A DNA stretch of 64,000 nt, taken from Cenococcum geophilum. Its lineage: Eukaryota. A model generated the notes under the pieces. The model made no database searches, was not told the origin of the DNA, and was given only the letters and a program-made list of their open reading frames with translations. Location: positions 24,924,001 to 24,988,000 of the forward strand of contig CP158635.1 in the NCBI GenBank assembly GCA_050273025.1, given 5' to 3'. The position numbers were made by a program, and so were the translations under genes. Below are positions 13,782 through 27,657 of the stretch, piece by piece (positions within the stretch are counted from its first letter, which is position 1; every line of letters begins with the position of its first letter).

Positions 13782-14489
13782 AGGTACATTACTTGCCTTC
13801 TGGGTGCTAATACCGCTTACTAAATAATATTAGCGTGTACCTTATTATCACCCTTAATGGTAGGCATGAAGTTAAGGGATTTACTAAATAGGAAAGGGTT
13901 TACCGACTTTATTATTAACATAATCGCCTATCACACATTTAGTTATTATAATACCACTCTATAACTATTAACTTAAAATGGGTGTCTACTACTTCCGCAC
14001 CTCCCTTTATTAGATATAACTAATAGAAGCTAGCGATAATAGCGGGACTATAGAAGAAAATGAGACTTAGGGAAAAGGGACTAGCTTGTTTAATTTAAAT
14101 AAGTATATTAGTAGGGAGGCGATCCGCTAACAAAGAGAAACACTTTTTAGAAAGGTGGATAAGTTAGGAAAGATAAGTAATGCGTATATCTACCTTCTTA
14201 TATATAATGGTGGGAGATACCACTTATATTTATCCAGAGATAAGCCTTTTTAGCCGCCATCTAAAGAGCATATTATATGCCTTACTTACCCTCTTAATAT
14301 AGTATATACTAATAAAATATAGAATTAAAGCTTCCCAGTACCTAAAAAAAGAACTTTGGCTAATTTTAGGCTAAAGCGTAGGGGAATAAAGAGATAAATT
14401 TGCAGATATATTGTATAGCTAGACTAGTTGAAATAAATATTATTTCTATACTTGTATTAATTTATTCAATTTCTTCTATTTACTATTCT

Positions 14490-15900
14490 ATGTCCTTATA
14501 ACCTGAAAACGCAGACTGCCAAATTTTATAAACGCTGCGGTAGGTTCACTAATTCATTTATAAAAGCCCTGTGTATTTAAACACAAAATTATCTCTAGTA
14601 TTAGTCGAGCTAGGTATACTTAAGGCAGTATATAAGCTTTATTAGGGAGCTAACCCCAGCTAGGCTACAGCTAAAATCGATACTATTAATATATTATATC
14701 TGCCACCTATAAAGGCTTTAAACCTTAAGGATCTATTAATTTACTTTACATCTAGCTAAGTTGAATATATCTTTATCCCTAACGTATAACTCTTAAACTT
14801 AAGTTTTATTAACGCTTAGGTATTATCTTTAAGACCCTTTTATCTATTTTTAGGCCGTCTCTCATTTTAATATCTATAAAGGCCTCCGATTTCGACTAGA
14901 TACTTAAAAAGTATCTTATCTAAGATATTGCCGGAATTGGCACTAAAGAACACTACTATATATACTTCAGGAAGTTGCCTAGCGGAGATAATATCGTCTG
15001 GCTATAGTATTGCATTAACTAGTTATATAAAGCTTACTTACCAAAGGTATGCTAGCGTTGGCATTATAGAGTTTATAAAAAAGATATAGCAGAGTACAAC
15101 AGAATAAAAGAAAAGATAGAGCTTATTCCTCTTCTAGTAGAGATATATTTTAAAACCGGCCGAATTATAGAGGCTGAAAAGTACTAGGTGCGGCTAGTAG
15201 AGATAATTAGGAAACTAAGAGGGCTGGAATATAGGGATACTTTAGAAAGTAAAATCTACCTAGCTTATATCTATATCGAGCAGGAACGGCTAACCGATGC
15301 CGAAGAGCTACTGCTATAGTTACTGGAGACTAGTAATAGGGTATTAGGCCAATACTATTTATAGATATTAAGTATAATAGCCGTCTTAGCGGAAGTCTAT
15401 TGTTATTAAAAACGGCGAATGGAACCTAATAAGCTGGAAACTTAAGTAATAGAGACGAGAAAGAGAATTCTAGGCCTATAGCATCCCAATACTCTAAAAA
15501 GTATGGAAGAGCTAAGTTTTAAATACTATATAAAGAACCGACTTCTAGAAGCGGAGGAGCTATAGAAACAAGTGGTTAAGATAAAGAGAGAGATTTTTAG
15601 CAATGACCATCTAAACACTATTAGCAGCATAAGTGGCTTAGCATTTATATTCTATAAGCAAGGACGAAAGAAGGAGGCTTAAAGGTTAAATATAGAGGTG
15701 GTAAAGACGAGAATTGACATATAGGGCCTGGTGCATCTAGATACGCTTATAAGTATAGCCAGACTTCTAGCCACCAGTTACTAAAACAGCTAATTTTAAG
15801 TTAAATAGCAAAGAAAGAAAAGCATATAAGTAGACATTTTAGGAGTATTCGCGGCAGAACCCCGCTAAAGGCATTAATAGTAGAATTAAGCATAGGTAAT
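14490..15900 (+). pseudogene. TPR (kinesin light chain-like, NLR-type) repeat protein
   Basis: Repeated 42-aa units: GLEHRDTLESKIYLAYIYIEQERLTDAEEL, GLQHPNTLKSMEEL, NDHLNTISSISGLAFIF, GLVHLDTLISIA. I recognised no NB domain. Confidence 0.8.
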
Positions 15901-16099
15901 ATAGTAAAGGTAGGTAATAATATATTTGCTGTCCCTACTATAGAGTAGATAAATAATGAAACTACTAAATAATATCAATATTACTATCTAAACTATTATA
16001 GTGCCCTTAATGTTTTGGCAAGCTGGTATACTCTCCCCCTATAAACTTAAGGAACTTTTTTATATCCTCTTTAGATGGAATCTAGCAAAGTTTATCCCT

Positions 16100-17330
16100 A
16101 TAAAGTTATAGCTTCTTACCATGATCGAGTGATTTATTAACTGCGCCTAAGATTATCTTAGGCAGAAGATTATATCCAGGGCCGTTTATTCGAATTTTGT
16201 AACTAACTAGGGTACAATCTACGAAGTCCAGGTCTCCTAACAGTAAGTCATTTACACCCTGCCATTTCGATAGTTGACTTAGTTCGCCGCCGATCGGAAC
16301 CGTAGATATCCTAAAAAGATCCTATTAAGTCCCATTGGTATTATATAGTTTATTATACTCTTTAATAGGGCTGACTACACTCTTGGCCGCGAGTTTAATA
16401 ATTGATATCGCTAATTATATAATGGCCTCGGGGACGAAGACAATATACTCTATTAGGACTGTAGCTGTTTCCGCGGCTGCCTAAAAGGATTACGTAGCGC
16501 TAGCGAAAATAGACTTAAACCAAGCTGGGAGAACGAACGCCTCATCCTGAGATTTATGCCGTTACGCGTCTTTTTATAAATCGTAACGCTTTATCATGTA
16601 ATCATCGAGGTTCTAACCTTTATAGTAGCGATAACGTGCTAAGTATAGCACTTGGCGGATGTTGGCCACGATAGTCTCACTGTTAACCCCTCTGGATTTT
16701 AATTATATGCCTTTAACAATAGCTTTATTAATAAGAGAGACAATTTCATCGTCCTCTTTGCCCTTAAGCTCTCCCTTACAACTTATACCCTGAAGGCCTC
16801 CTTTATTCTGTTTATCCCTAAGCTCTCCCCTACAATCTGTTTATAGGTTACAAAGATCTGTAAAGCTCGCGTAGGACAATATATCGTCTATAAGGCCAAG
16901 CGCCATAGTCGATTCATTATCCATTAAGGCTGGATTTAAGTATAATATAAACTAAACGGTGACTTTTACCCCCTAAAGCTTTAGGGCTAGGCAGATCAGG
17001 TCTACCACGAATTTTTAGGTCGCGATATTGGCTAGTTAAAACATCTAGCCATCGCAGATATGGATTTCAAAACAATAACTTGAAACGCTTGGGTATATAT
17101 CTATGAAATATTTAAAAACGAAGTATATCGTCTGCTTATATTCTAGAGGAAGATTTTCGGTCAGTAATGGGATAAAAGCAGTTATAGGGATATTCGCTAT
17201 CGAATGGTCTGGGTTCTAAGTCCTTAAGTTTATATAACCTATAGCGAAACGTCTTAAGCTAGAGGATTGATAAATAGATAGACTTCTTAGATAGGTATTT
17301 ATACTACCATTATAGAGCTTTAATATATGC
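16100..17330 (-). pseudogene. Hypothetical protein pseudogene
   Basis: Long frame interrupted almost only by TAA/TAG stops (e.g. ETIVANIRQVLYLARYRYY, DEAFVLPAWFKSIF). Family not recognised. Confidence 0.45.
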
Positions 17331-17408
17331 CTTACCGACTCCGCAGTTATACAAGCCTTGCTATAAAGCTAAATGTAAGGGTTTTTAATTGCTAAAGTAA
17401 GCTGTAAG

Positions 17409-17847
17409 TAGGGTACGATTTAGCTTTAGCTTAGAGTCGCTAAGGCCTACCTTAGTCATTCTTCGCCAATCTATTATAGTTCTTTAGTATTTAATGGATT
17501 AAGCCTCACTAAGTACGCCTTACTATAAAGGCGTTAACGGAAAAAAGACTCGTTCCTTAGCGGTACTATCCCACCGTCTTAAAATCTATATTGATTAGCG
17601 TAAGGCGTAATAAGAAAGCGCAGGTATTACTACTTAGAAGGATTAAAAGGACCAGGTAGCTCAGGTGGCTCAGGTGGATTAGGTGGATTAGGTGGATTAG
17701 GTGGATCAGGTAGATTAGGTAGATTAATTTAACACGCTAAAACGACTAGCTGTAAAGAATACGCTAAGCCGAAACGTAATTAATGTTAAGGCACTATAAA
17801 TGAAGACCTATAGAGATTTCCTATACTTTTTACAAATTGTAGTAATA
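17409..17847 (+). repeat. ~440-bp direct repeat, copy 1 (LTR/MITE-like, with 9-bp caggtggat array)
   Basis: Aligns end to end with 19549-20062, mostly through transitions. Short subterminal inverted repeat cacgattt/aaatcgtg. Confidence 0.9.
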
Positions 17848-18299
17848 AGTCTCTAACTAAATCTTATATTTGTATTAGAGAGAAATTCCTAGCCATAACA
17901 CTATAAGTAAATTATAGTCTCTATTTCTTAGATCAATTAATATATAAGTTCTAGACCTAGTATTTTCCGGTTAATAAAAGTGAAGAATAGTGTAGGGACT
18001 CCTATATATACCTATAGGGTTATGCGAATCTAAAAATGGTATAATATATATTTAATACCTACATTTTAAAACGCTTTGCAGACTAGCAAGATATCATTGT
18101 CAAGACTTTTAAGCATTAGTTCCGTAGTTGAATTGGTCTTATACTAAGACGACCACCCTTAACTAAGATGATAAATTATGTCTAGTTACGCGTATTAAAT
18201 TTTCATAATACTAGTAAGTTTTTTGCAATGAAGCGGAGTAAAACAATAATAGATTTCGTATTATAATTAAGCTAGTTTAACACTTAAGATCTAGTCACG

Positions 18300-19482
18300 A
18301 TTGAAAAATTAGATTTTATTACGGTACGCCGGATATAACATAGGTGATATAATACTACGTCCACTCGCTTCCAATTCTTGAGGGGGTGCCACCCTATCCG
18401 AACTAGATAATCTTTTTCTGCTAATATAGACAAATAAGGCGCCCAAAAGCGTAAGTGCCACTATGGCGCCAACGACTATTCCTACCACTACTATACTAGA
18501 AAGGCCTTAGGAAGGTAAATATGGAACTAGAGTTGTAGACAACAAGGCGCTGCTAATTATCGCGGTTGATAGGGAGGTTAACGTAGGCGCCTAAGTTAAG
18601 GTGACCACGCTCAAGGCTTTAGCTAGGAATGGTTCGCCAGGATTTAGTATAAAGGTTAAATTTTTAGCATACGCCCTCTACACGGCGATGGTTTCGGTCT
18701 TATTCTACACCTACTTTTAGCAGGCTAATCTAAGATAAAATATATACGGCTTCCAAAAATAGCAATAGAAATAATAATAATAATAAAGTAAAAAAGGTGG
18801 AGGGGGGGAAATAGTAAATAATTTATCCCCTTATAGGATTTATGACTCCCACCATTCCTTATTAAATGCACGATCTAGAAGCTAAATAGTAAAAGAATAT
18901 CGGCGCGGTATTATTGATAGTAAGGTTCTATAACGGCGGCTATTAAAATATAAATTACCGATTAAACAAAGTAGATATATCAAAAATGGAAAATAGACGT
19001 TTTTACCTCGTTAAATACCACGTCTATTAAGTGAAACCCAGAGAAAAAGCCAGTTTTTTACGGCCCCATTATCTTATAAGGAACACACAGGTCTTTTTTA
19101 CGTCAGTTTAGTAATGAAGGTATAGAGAGAACCAATACGATTTAGACTTATATTTATACTTGGCGCGAACCACGGAATAGTTAAGCGGGAAGAATTGGAA
19201 ATAAACAATATCTCCTATATTTGCCGTTATGGTGTCCAGGATAAATCACCAAGTTAGCTTCCTAACCATAATAACGTAGAGTTTTGTGTTGTTACCATCG
19301 GCAGTAGTTACAGGAGGGCTCGCCGAACTCGATGTTAAAGAAGGTGAAATTAAGATTAAAGAAGGTGGAATGGAAATTAAAGAATATATTTCTTTAGAGG
19401 AGGAGCTTGTACCTAAAACCTATACAACAAATTTAATAAGGGTAAGAAAGGTTATTAAAGCCTTAGGGGTTATTTAAAACAT
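18300..19482 (-). pseudogene. Cupredoxin-fold extracellular serine-rich membrane protein
   Basis: ATG 19482 plus signal peptide; GDIVYFQFFPLNHSVVRAEY, PCVPYE..G..GFFSG, IFFYCSAPGSCI..GMVGVINP; C-terminal TM GIVVGAIVALTLLGALF; introns present. Confidence 0.85.
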
Positions 19483-19548
19483 AATAAATAAAATAAAAAT
19501 TAAAGTAAAAGAAAAGAAATATTAGATTAATTTAAAACTTAAAAACAG

Positions 19549-20062
19549 CAGGGCACGATTTAGCTTTAGCTTAAAGTCGTGAGGTCTACCCAGTAATATT
19601 AGCGGTTAGGTTAGGTTAAACTAATAAAAAAATGCTAACCCAACCGCTAATATCACTAGGCTTACCTTAGTCATTCTTCGCCAATCTATTATAATTCTTT
19701 AGTATTTAATAGATTAAGCTTTACTAAGTACGCCTTGCTATAGAGGTATTAACGGAAAAAAAACTCGTTCCCTAGTGGTACTCTCCTACCACCTTAAAAT
19801 CCATATTGATTAGCGTAAAACGCAATAGGAAAGCGTAGGCATCACTACCTAGAAGGATCAAAAGAACTAGGTGGCTTAGATAGCTTAGGTAGATCGGGTA
19901 GATTAGGTAGATTAGGTAGATTAGGCGGATTAAGTGGGTCAGTTTAATACGTCAAAATGACTAGCTATAAAGAATACGCTAAACTAAAACATAGTTTATG
20001 TTAAGGCACTATAAATAAAGACCTATAGAGATTTCCTATACTTCTTGCAAATCGTGGCAATG
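19549..20062 (+). repeat. Direct repeat copy 2 (contains a 68-bp insertion)
   Basis: Homologous to 17409-17847. Confidence 0.9.
19591..19658. mobile_element. 68-bp hAT-type mini-element
   Basis: ~24-bp TIRs cagtaatattagcggttaggttag / ctaacccaaccgctaatatcacta. 8-bp TSD ggtctacc/ggcttacc. The empty site ggcctacc is present in repeat copy 1. Confidence 0.85.
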
Positions 20063-20329
20063 CCCTATAGGAATTTAAGTTTGTAAAAAATCTCGTATTT
20101 AATAGGAGGTAAGATTTTAAACGTAAGGCTTATAATATAAATAACACCAAAGAGTAGTTTCGTTTATAGTATAGTTATTTTATAAATAAAGAAGAGAAAG
20201 TATAATAAAGGAGAGCTATAAAACAAATAAAATTCAAATAAGAAAACGCCCCCCTTCTAAGTTTATTTTTTTGTCTTTTATTTTTAAGCTATATAAAAAA
20301 AAAAAAAATAAAGAACTATTGGAGGAAAA

Positions 20330-21598
20330 TTAGATAGCTATTGCTGTATACCTTGCCTTTTCTATCTTCCACACATTAATCTATTCTACCTTACTCGCAG
20401 TGTTAAGTTTGTTAAAACTATTAACCTCAGATAGCTTATAGTAGAGTTTCTTAAACTCTTTAAGGATAGCGGCTATATTAGCTACCCCTACGGCTAAAGC
20501 CAAAGTTTTAGTCAGAGCCGGAGTTCTAATTAGAGTTTCAGTCAGAGCCAAAGTGCCTAAAATTTCGCGGAACTGCTAAGATATTAGGTAGAGAATACTA
20601 GGTATAGGAGATCTGTTTTTAGCCGGGCGTATACTAGTTAAGTGCTCCTTAAGTCTTCCTTTAGCTTCCTAAGCTGCTTTATAAATCGATTTATTAGCTT
20701 ATTTAGTGCCTTACCTATTTTAAACAGTTGCTCTAGTCTCCCAACACCGCTTTAGTCCATTATCTATACCCTAGTTAACCAAAATATATATAAAGGGAAA
20801 ACGTTTTACCAGCCTCATTGCTTCATTTTAATAAATTAAATTTAAATCTTCTTCAGGGTCTTCCGGGTACTCGGATTTCTACGCAACTATATAAAGGCAA
20901 GTAATTTTAGTATATAGAAATTTCCCGTCTGGTCTTCTTACGTCCCCAAGTTTAAAATTAGGGTTGGTATATTTTTCCTTAGGAGGAAATGCGTAATCCC
21001 CCTCTACTCCCCCTCTTATAATTCTATAGACAGACGCATTGCGCGGACCGTAGCAGTTAATAACTTCCTTTTAATTATCTGCCTATGTAACGGTAGCCCT
21101 ATAAGGAGTATTATAATTAGGTTATATATCCGCGGCGATATAAAGTAGCTCCCTATAAACTAGATCCTATAACTTGCTTTTTATAGCAGGCTCTAACCCC
21201 ATATACTCTTGTTTTATAGGCGTTTATTTTACGCCCTAGGGGTCTATATCCTATAGCTCTTATAGAATAAAAAGCGCCTCTCTCTCTCTATTAGGCTCTA
21301 TGGACTCTATAGGCCCTTTATCTACGTCCTTAAAGCCTACACCGTTTCCACCATCTTTATCACCTAATTCTATTTAGTAATCCTCCGTCAACTCCTACAA
21401 CTTTTTATCCAATTCTTTAATTTTTCTTTTATCCTCTTCACTCTACTCACTACCCTCCCCTATACTCTTCTTCTCCTTTACAGCCGCTAATTGAAGTTTT
21501 AGAGCTTTAATTTCATTTTACTGCTAAACAACCTTAGCTTTTCTATCCTTATCCTTTAGTTAGAAGCGAGCTATTTTCTTAGCTCTAGTTTTTGCCAT
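20330..21598 (-). pseudogene. Hypothetical protein (charged coiled-coil N-terminus; YGPRNASVYRI and WETRATVR motifs)
   Basis: ATG at 21598; the frame is broken mainly by RIP-type stops. Function unknown. Confidence 0.55.
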
Positions 21599-22819
21599 TT
21601 TTAAGAAAGAGGGCCTATTGCTAAATATAGCTTTCTTACTAATATATTTATTAGATTTGGCCGCAAAGTCGCCCTAATATATAGAGTCCTCGCAATGTCA
21701 ACATTTAGACCATTCTATACTTGCTAGCTACTATTTTATACTAGGCTTATAGAAAAGGAAGAATCGGTTAGGAATTACTTTTGTAATGACCTCTTATTTA
21801 GGAGGGCCTAGATATTAGCTATTCGCGGCAAATCTAAACTCTACTCAGAGTATCTCCAGACTAAGGCAGGTTGGTTACTCTTTGCTTTTGCTTATCCTTT
21901 AGCATAAACATAACTACCATATTATATCTATTCAATCTAAACATACAAGCATTTTTTGGAATTTTTGCCGCAATGCTATTTAAACTAATTACCTTTCTAT
22001 ACATAGTCGCTATATAAGTAACCTATAGTTGTTCGGATTCCCAGTTAACAAAGTAAGTAGCGTTTTTAGAATTTTTAAAAAGTCCTGCTAAATATAACTA
22101 GGACTATATTTAAAACTTTACTTCACTATATAACCTAGACACAGCTCGCCTCCAAAAACGGGAGCTCTCTATCCGGATATAACTACCACCCTTAGTGGCA
22201 ATGGCTATCTAGTTATAGGTACTATAAATATGCCTAGCGCTGTTATCTCACCTAAACCAAAATGGCGTAATATAACCCCTTCGGAAATTCCGTTAAGATA
22301 TCCATAAATAACTAGGGAATTTACTCTAAGTTTATCTCCCTTATCTATAGGCTCGGCATTAGCTACTTACCTAGCTTTTAAATCTTCAATATCAATTTCT
22401 ATACGCCGTAAGCCGCACTTTTTAATATTTGCCGTTACTATAGTAATAGGTCTGGTTGTTATATACGGTCGCTAGATAGTTTTCCTATATTGCTACTTAG
22501 TCGCTAAATACCGTATAGATTTGCAGTTATGTATATAAGTGGAAAGTTTATAGACGGATATTACTAAGATTAAGGCTTAGGTATAAGAGTTAATCTAAGG
22601 AATAAAGCTTAGGCTCGCCCTTATAGGAACTTAGGCCACGCTAAGAACGCATATCTTTATAGAATGCTTCTTAAATTACATTTATAGGGTGAATTTAGAG
22701 ACTATTATTTGTATAATCTATTATACTCTACTAATAAAGGCATTAGCATAATATATTATTTATTAAGATCTACTAATAAAGGTAATATATAACCTACCTA
22801 CAACCCGCTTATATTGTAT

Positions 22820-23077
22820 AATAGTAGAAGGCGTTTTATTCTAAAGGGCGTCTCTTTTTAAGGGTTGCCTAAGCGGGTAATAAAGCAGATAAAGTGATTA
22901 AACCGGATAGATAAGGTGGATGAGGTAGATGAGGTAGATAAAATAGGTAAGTTAAATCATTCCGATCCCTCCTTCGCTTAGTTACAGTAACGTTATTCTT
23001 AGGTGCGTTAGTGTTAGTATTAATACCTAGGTGCTTTTAGACGATTGCTAGCTAAAAAGGTATTATGTTTTGCTATA
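22820..23077. repeat. Possible solo-LTR remnant with 9-bp gaggtagat repeats
   Basis: Same 9-bp motif family as the gypsy LTR at 9111-9268. Ends and TSD are not clear. Confidence 0.35.
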
Positions 23078-23444
23078 CGTAGCACGAATATAGTAGTCAT
23101 TTCGCTTATTTTAATATATCTTAAGTAGAACGTAAATTATCTATTAAAATTCTTGTTTTCTAGAGCGTTTATAGATTCCTACTTATATAATAATATATAG
23201 ATATAGCAGCGGTACACTTTAGAACGGACGTTATCTATACCCAATTTCTCTTATCTAAGCTATAAATACTATAGCCATTTTTATAAAAATAAAGATAATA
23301 GTTACGAGAGCCTAATAAAGAAATCCTCTAAGTACTTGCTATATAATCCCTATTTCTTTATATCTGTCTACTAAGACTCTACAGTACTTACTACTAATTT
23401 ACTTAAGGAGCCCTTTACAAAAGAAATTAAGCTGTTTTAAACGG

Positions 23445-24650
23445 CTATTTAAAGGCTAAAATTCCAAGTTAACCAGGCGTAAATCCTGATGAAGGTTATA
23501 AGAAACGTAATCCCAAATTTTATCCCGAACATCTATTCTTACACTAACTAAATATAAAATTAGCAGCTTTAGCATAGGCTTAATATAGACTTACTACCTA
23601 ATATTACTGTTTTTCTATTAAGTACTACTAATTTCTCTTTTAGAACATTTGTAATATCTAGCCTCCCTTATATTGCCTTAATTCTCTTACTATATTCTTT
23701 TTTAGGTTCCTCTATCTAAGGAAGATATATCTTAACCTTAATATTCTATCGACTTACTTAGGTTTGCTCTTATATATACAAAATGCTACTTATATATTCC
23801 TTAGTATTATCTATTAGTAATTAATCTATAAATAGTTTTACCTATAATTGCTGACCTAGTTTAATAGTATTAGCACTTAATCCAGTTTAACTTAAGGTAA
23901 ATATACTATCTATATCTAGCTCCTATATAAGTACTATCCGCCTTATTTTAACTTCGTAACGTCTATAGCCTTAGATAAGCTTATCAATATATACTAGGTA
24001 GCTAGCAACTCTAATACTAGTTATAAACATTAGTACCGTTCTAAAATTGCTAAAATTATATCCAACCCTATATAGCCCGTCAACAAATACTAATATTAAA
24101 GTATCTGTATAACTTATAAGCTTTCTAGTAAACCCTTACTAGGGTTTAATAAGTAAATATATCTTTAATCGATTTAAGTTACTATCCTAGCCTAATATTA
24201 TAAAAGGGTAACGTTAAAAAATAGACCAGAAGCTAGCTTTAGAAATAGAAAGGTAAATATATTAACTAGCTTTTACTTTCTAGGGTCTAGGTATATAAAC
24301 TAAGACATAAAGGGCTCCACTTTCTTATATTACTTCTGCTTTAGTTCAAAATCTATTCTAAGAAAAGTTTTAGTATAAGCAGAAGATCTATTTTAAGGCT
24401 ATAGAGGAAGCCCATATAGATGCCCTAATAAGTAGATATAATTCTGCTGTCTGGTTCCCCTTAATATAAAGCCAAAAAGCGAAGATAAAGATCTTAGAGA
24501 GAAGCGTATAGAACTAAAAGAAAAATTTATAAACAGCCCTTTAAATAAAATAAGTAGAAAGAAGGTATATTAATATTAATAATAAGCCTCCCTGGCGTTA
24601 AAAGTCAATTTGCTTTTAGGCAATAGTTTAGAGGCGGGCTAAATATACAA
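23445..24650 (-). pseudogene. Ferric reductase/NADPH oxidase-like (FRE, Starship auxiliary gene)
   Basis: deRIPed YEFF..FH, PRPWKVKAGQYIYL, FQRHPF, VDGPYG, TVLMFATGIGVA, KTRRIVLIWEL and terminal LEFQP. Confidence 0.88.
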
Positions 24651-25389
24651 CAAGCCCCCAAATTCCCGATGTATTAAGCATAAATAGTTGTCGATTTATA
24701 AATGGAGTGACTATATAGACTAACCCTTACAGAAAAGTGACTATTCCTATACATATATGGATTTTATATTGCGTTTACACGGAAACGCCAAGGTAATTAG
24801 CAACTATGCTAAGCGATCCCACTATGACCGGGATTATATTAGTAAGGGATATTATACTAGCGCGTATTCCGATCTGAGCAAAGGATCTAACTCTAATGGT
24901 TATATATAAAACGTTGGCAATGACGTATAAGGTAACGCTTAAAAGAAAAATTTAGGTCGGCCTTTTAGGTATAGTATTTCCTCGCCAAATATAAAGATAA
25001 ACAAGATATTTTAAAAGGAAGAAGGTAGACAAGGTATAGAGAAAACGTATAATATGAGAGATTACGCGGTATAGTAGCAGAAGCATAAAGCCGCCCACTA
25101 CTACAGCCGCATACTATGTGGTAACGTTTATTATAAGTTGTATTTTTTTACCTTTACGCGGCGCGGAGTAGAACTTAAATATAGCATTACTTAATATAGC
25201 ATTGAAGACATTATAAGCTAAATCTAAAGGCAGCGAAGTATAAGAGATAATGCCCGTAATTTCCTAAGAGCAGTAGTATCTAGTTTCCTTAGCTTATACC
25301 TAGATATAGGGTATAAAGCCATCCTAGGCCAGGCAGGCAAAAATTTATAAAAAAGCAAGTGCCTAATCCTAGCATTAACCCCAAAAATT

Positions 25390-25770
25390 ATAGTAAATAA
25401 AAAGAAAAGAGTAGTCCAGAAATCGTTCCGTAAACGTCGGAACAATTTCCTTTAAAGAGCCTATAAAATTGGCGCGCAGTATAGTACGAATATATATATT
25501 CTTATTTACAGGTAGGGTAAATACTATGTATATACTTCCACGCTACGTACCTCCTGGCCTCCTCCTGTAGAAGAAGTAGTAATATACTTTCTTACCCTCC
25601 TATATATAAAGCTAACCATTCATATAGTAGCGTTATTATTTGCCAGCCTAAAAGACATTATTAAACTTCAGCCCTAGCATAGCTGAAAAGAACCTATTAA
25701 AGGGAACACTTACTAAATCAGCGCCTCTTAAAAGGCTGCAAAGGCCCCTAATACTAAAAGGCGTCTCGAT
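25390..25770 (+). pseudogene. SRF-type/MADS-box small transcription factor
   Basis: FRKRRNNFL.RA..IG....IYILI.R.GKYYVYTS....WPPP, then a likely intron at ~25579-25628. Confidence 0.75.
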
Positions 25771-27657
25771 TAGCCTTTATTTACATACCTTCTAGCTAGG
25801 AAGAATAGCGGTAAAAGGTAAGAGGGCGGATGGCGATAGGCGCCCCTTAAGAGCATTATAGTAGTGGAGCAAAAATTTAAAATACTAGCGCGTTTATAGG
25901 CAGCAGCGGTCCCTAAAGAGACTAAAGGTAAGGATATAGAGGATAGGCAACCTATAGGTACTATATAGGTAGGGCCTAATAGCGAAGAGATGGAATACGG
26001 GGTTTTCTTAGACGGAGTTTTCTCCCTATATATATATAAGGCGTAGTCCATATAGGCCTAATAGGGATCCGCTTTAGTAGCTATAATTTATATTACCAAA
26101 TTGCCTTAAACCTGGCAGACCGGCCCCTAATCTTACTAATATTATACTTATTAACGTCCCCTACTATAAAGCGAGACATACCAAGCCGGGACATATAAGG
26201 GGTACTTTGACTTTTAGTAACTTAATCTCTTTACATATATTAATATTTGCTACAGTTCTGTATATACTTTATACTATAGCTATTTATAAACATCAAAGAC
26301 CTCTCCTACCTAAAAATTACAATTACATCGTTACCATTATGCTTAAGTTACGGAGATCGTTCTTATCGCGCGAAACAGTGTTCCTTTGCTATAGGACTAC
26401 CGTATATATATAGCCTTATTTTCTTTATAGATTAATCTTTATATAAGTTTTCCTTACCTAAAATCTGCGTACGGACTTCTAATTGATATATATATATACA
26501 CAAACCCCTAAATAGGTACGAAATAGGTGCCTAGACGATAACGTCTAATATTAGGTTTATCTTATTACCGCTGCTTAAGGAGAATCCCTACCGCTTAAGT
26601 TATTACAACACTAGCGTTATATAATAATAGCGGGCTAAACGAATACTTTTTAGGTTATATAAGTGTGGTTATAAGCGATATATAATGGTAATCAAAGCAG
26701 ACTTAACTGGATGTTACCATTATAAACAGGGAGGTAGCCAACCCGCACTAGCCACACCCTTATCGAGGTGGCGTTTCCTAAACGTTAGTGCGGTCAAAGC
26801 CACGATCTACTTTATAAAGGAAATAGGACGTTTACACCTAAGCAAATAACAAGCTAATCTCAATAAGCAAATACTCCTAAAATCCCCTCTCCTACTTATA
26901 CCTCCTAACTGACTATATTTTACGTTTCTATATCCTTCTATATTTAGCTTATACTACGACTCTAATAATACGCTTTGTCACTCCCCTGGTCTTTAACCTA
27001 TTAAGCCAAAGACTACCCCCTTACCTTCGCCTCTACCATTTATCCCCTAATAAGCCGCGGTTCTACCACATCGAAGACGCCGAAAGGAATGTAATACTTA
27101 GCCTAGCCAAGGCAACACAGTTCTAATGAATTTTGTTAGCCCTGACTACCTAAATATTGCTATAAACGCAGGCGAAAGTCCGTTAAACTCTATGTTTAAG
27201 TCAAAAGCGAGCGACCTAGAGCATAATAAGGCGTTTAAGGAAGTAGAGGGTTTAAATATAATAGATAGTATTTCTAATTCCAACTAAAAAGAAAGTAACC
27301 GCACCGCTATAAATATAGAGCCAAAACCCAATACAGCCTAAGCCATAGAGTGCTTATATATAAGCTAGGTGCTCCTAGTAAACATATAATTAAAAGTGAA
27401 AATGGAAGAAGTTAAGGCAAAAGGCTTACTAGGCTAAAAAGCGAGCCAAGCAGTATATAGAACAAGGGCATTTAGGGGATTTTTAAGGGCTGTCTCTAAG
27501 TAAAGTAATGAGCACTATAGTAGCAAAAGAGCTATTATATAAGACTTTAACGGAAGTAGCTAAAGAGATAATAATATCGCATTATGGCTTAGATACCGTG
27601 CGCTTATATAGCAAATATCCTTAATCCTATATTATACTATAACGTATACTTAGAGTA

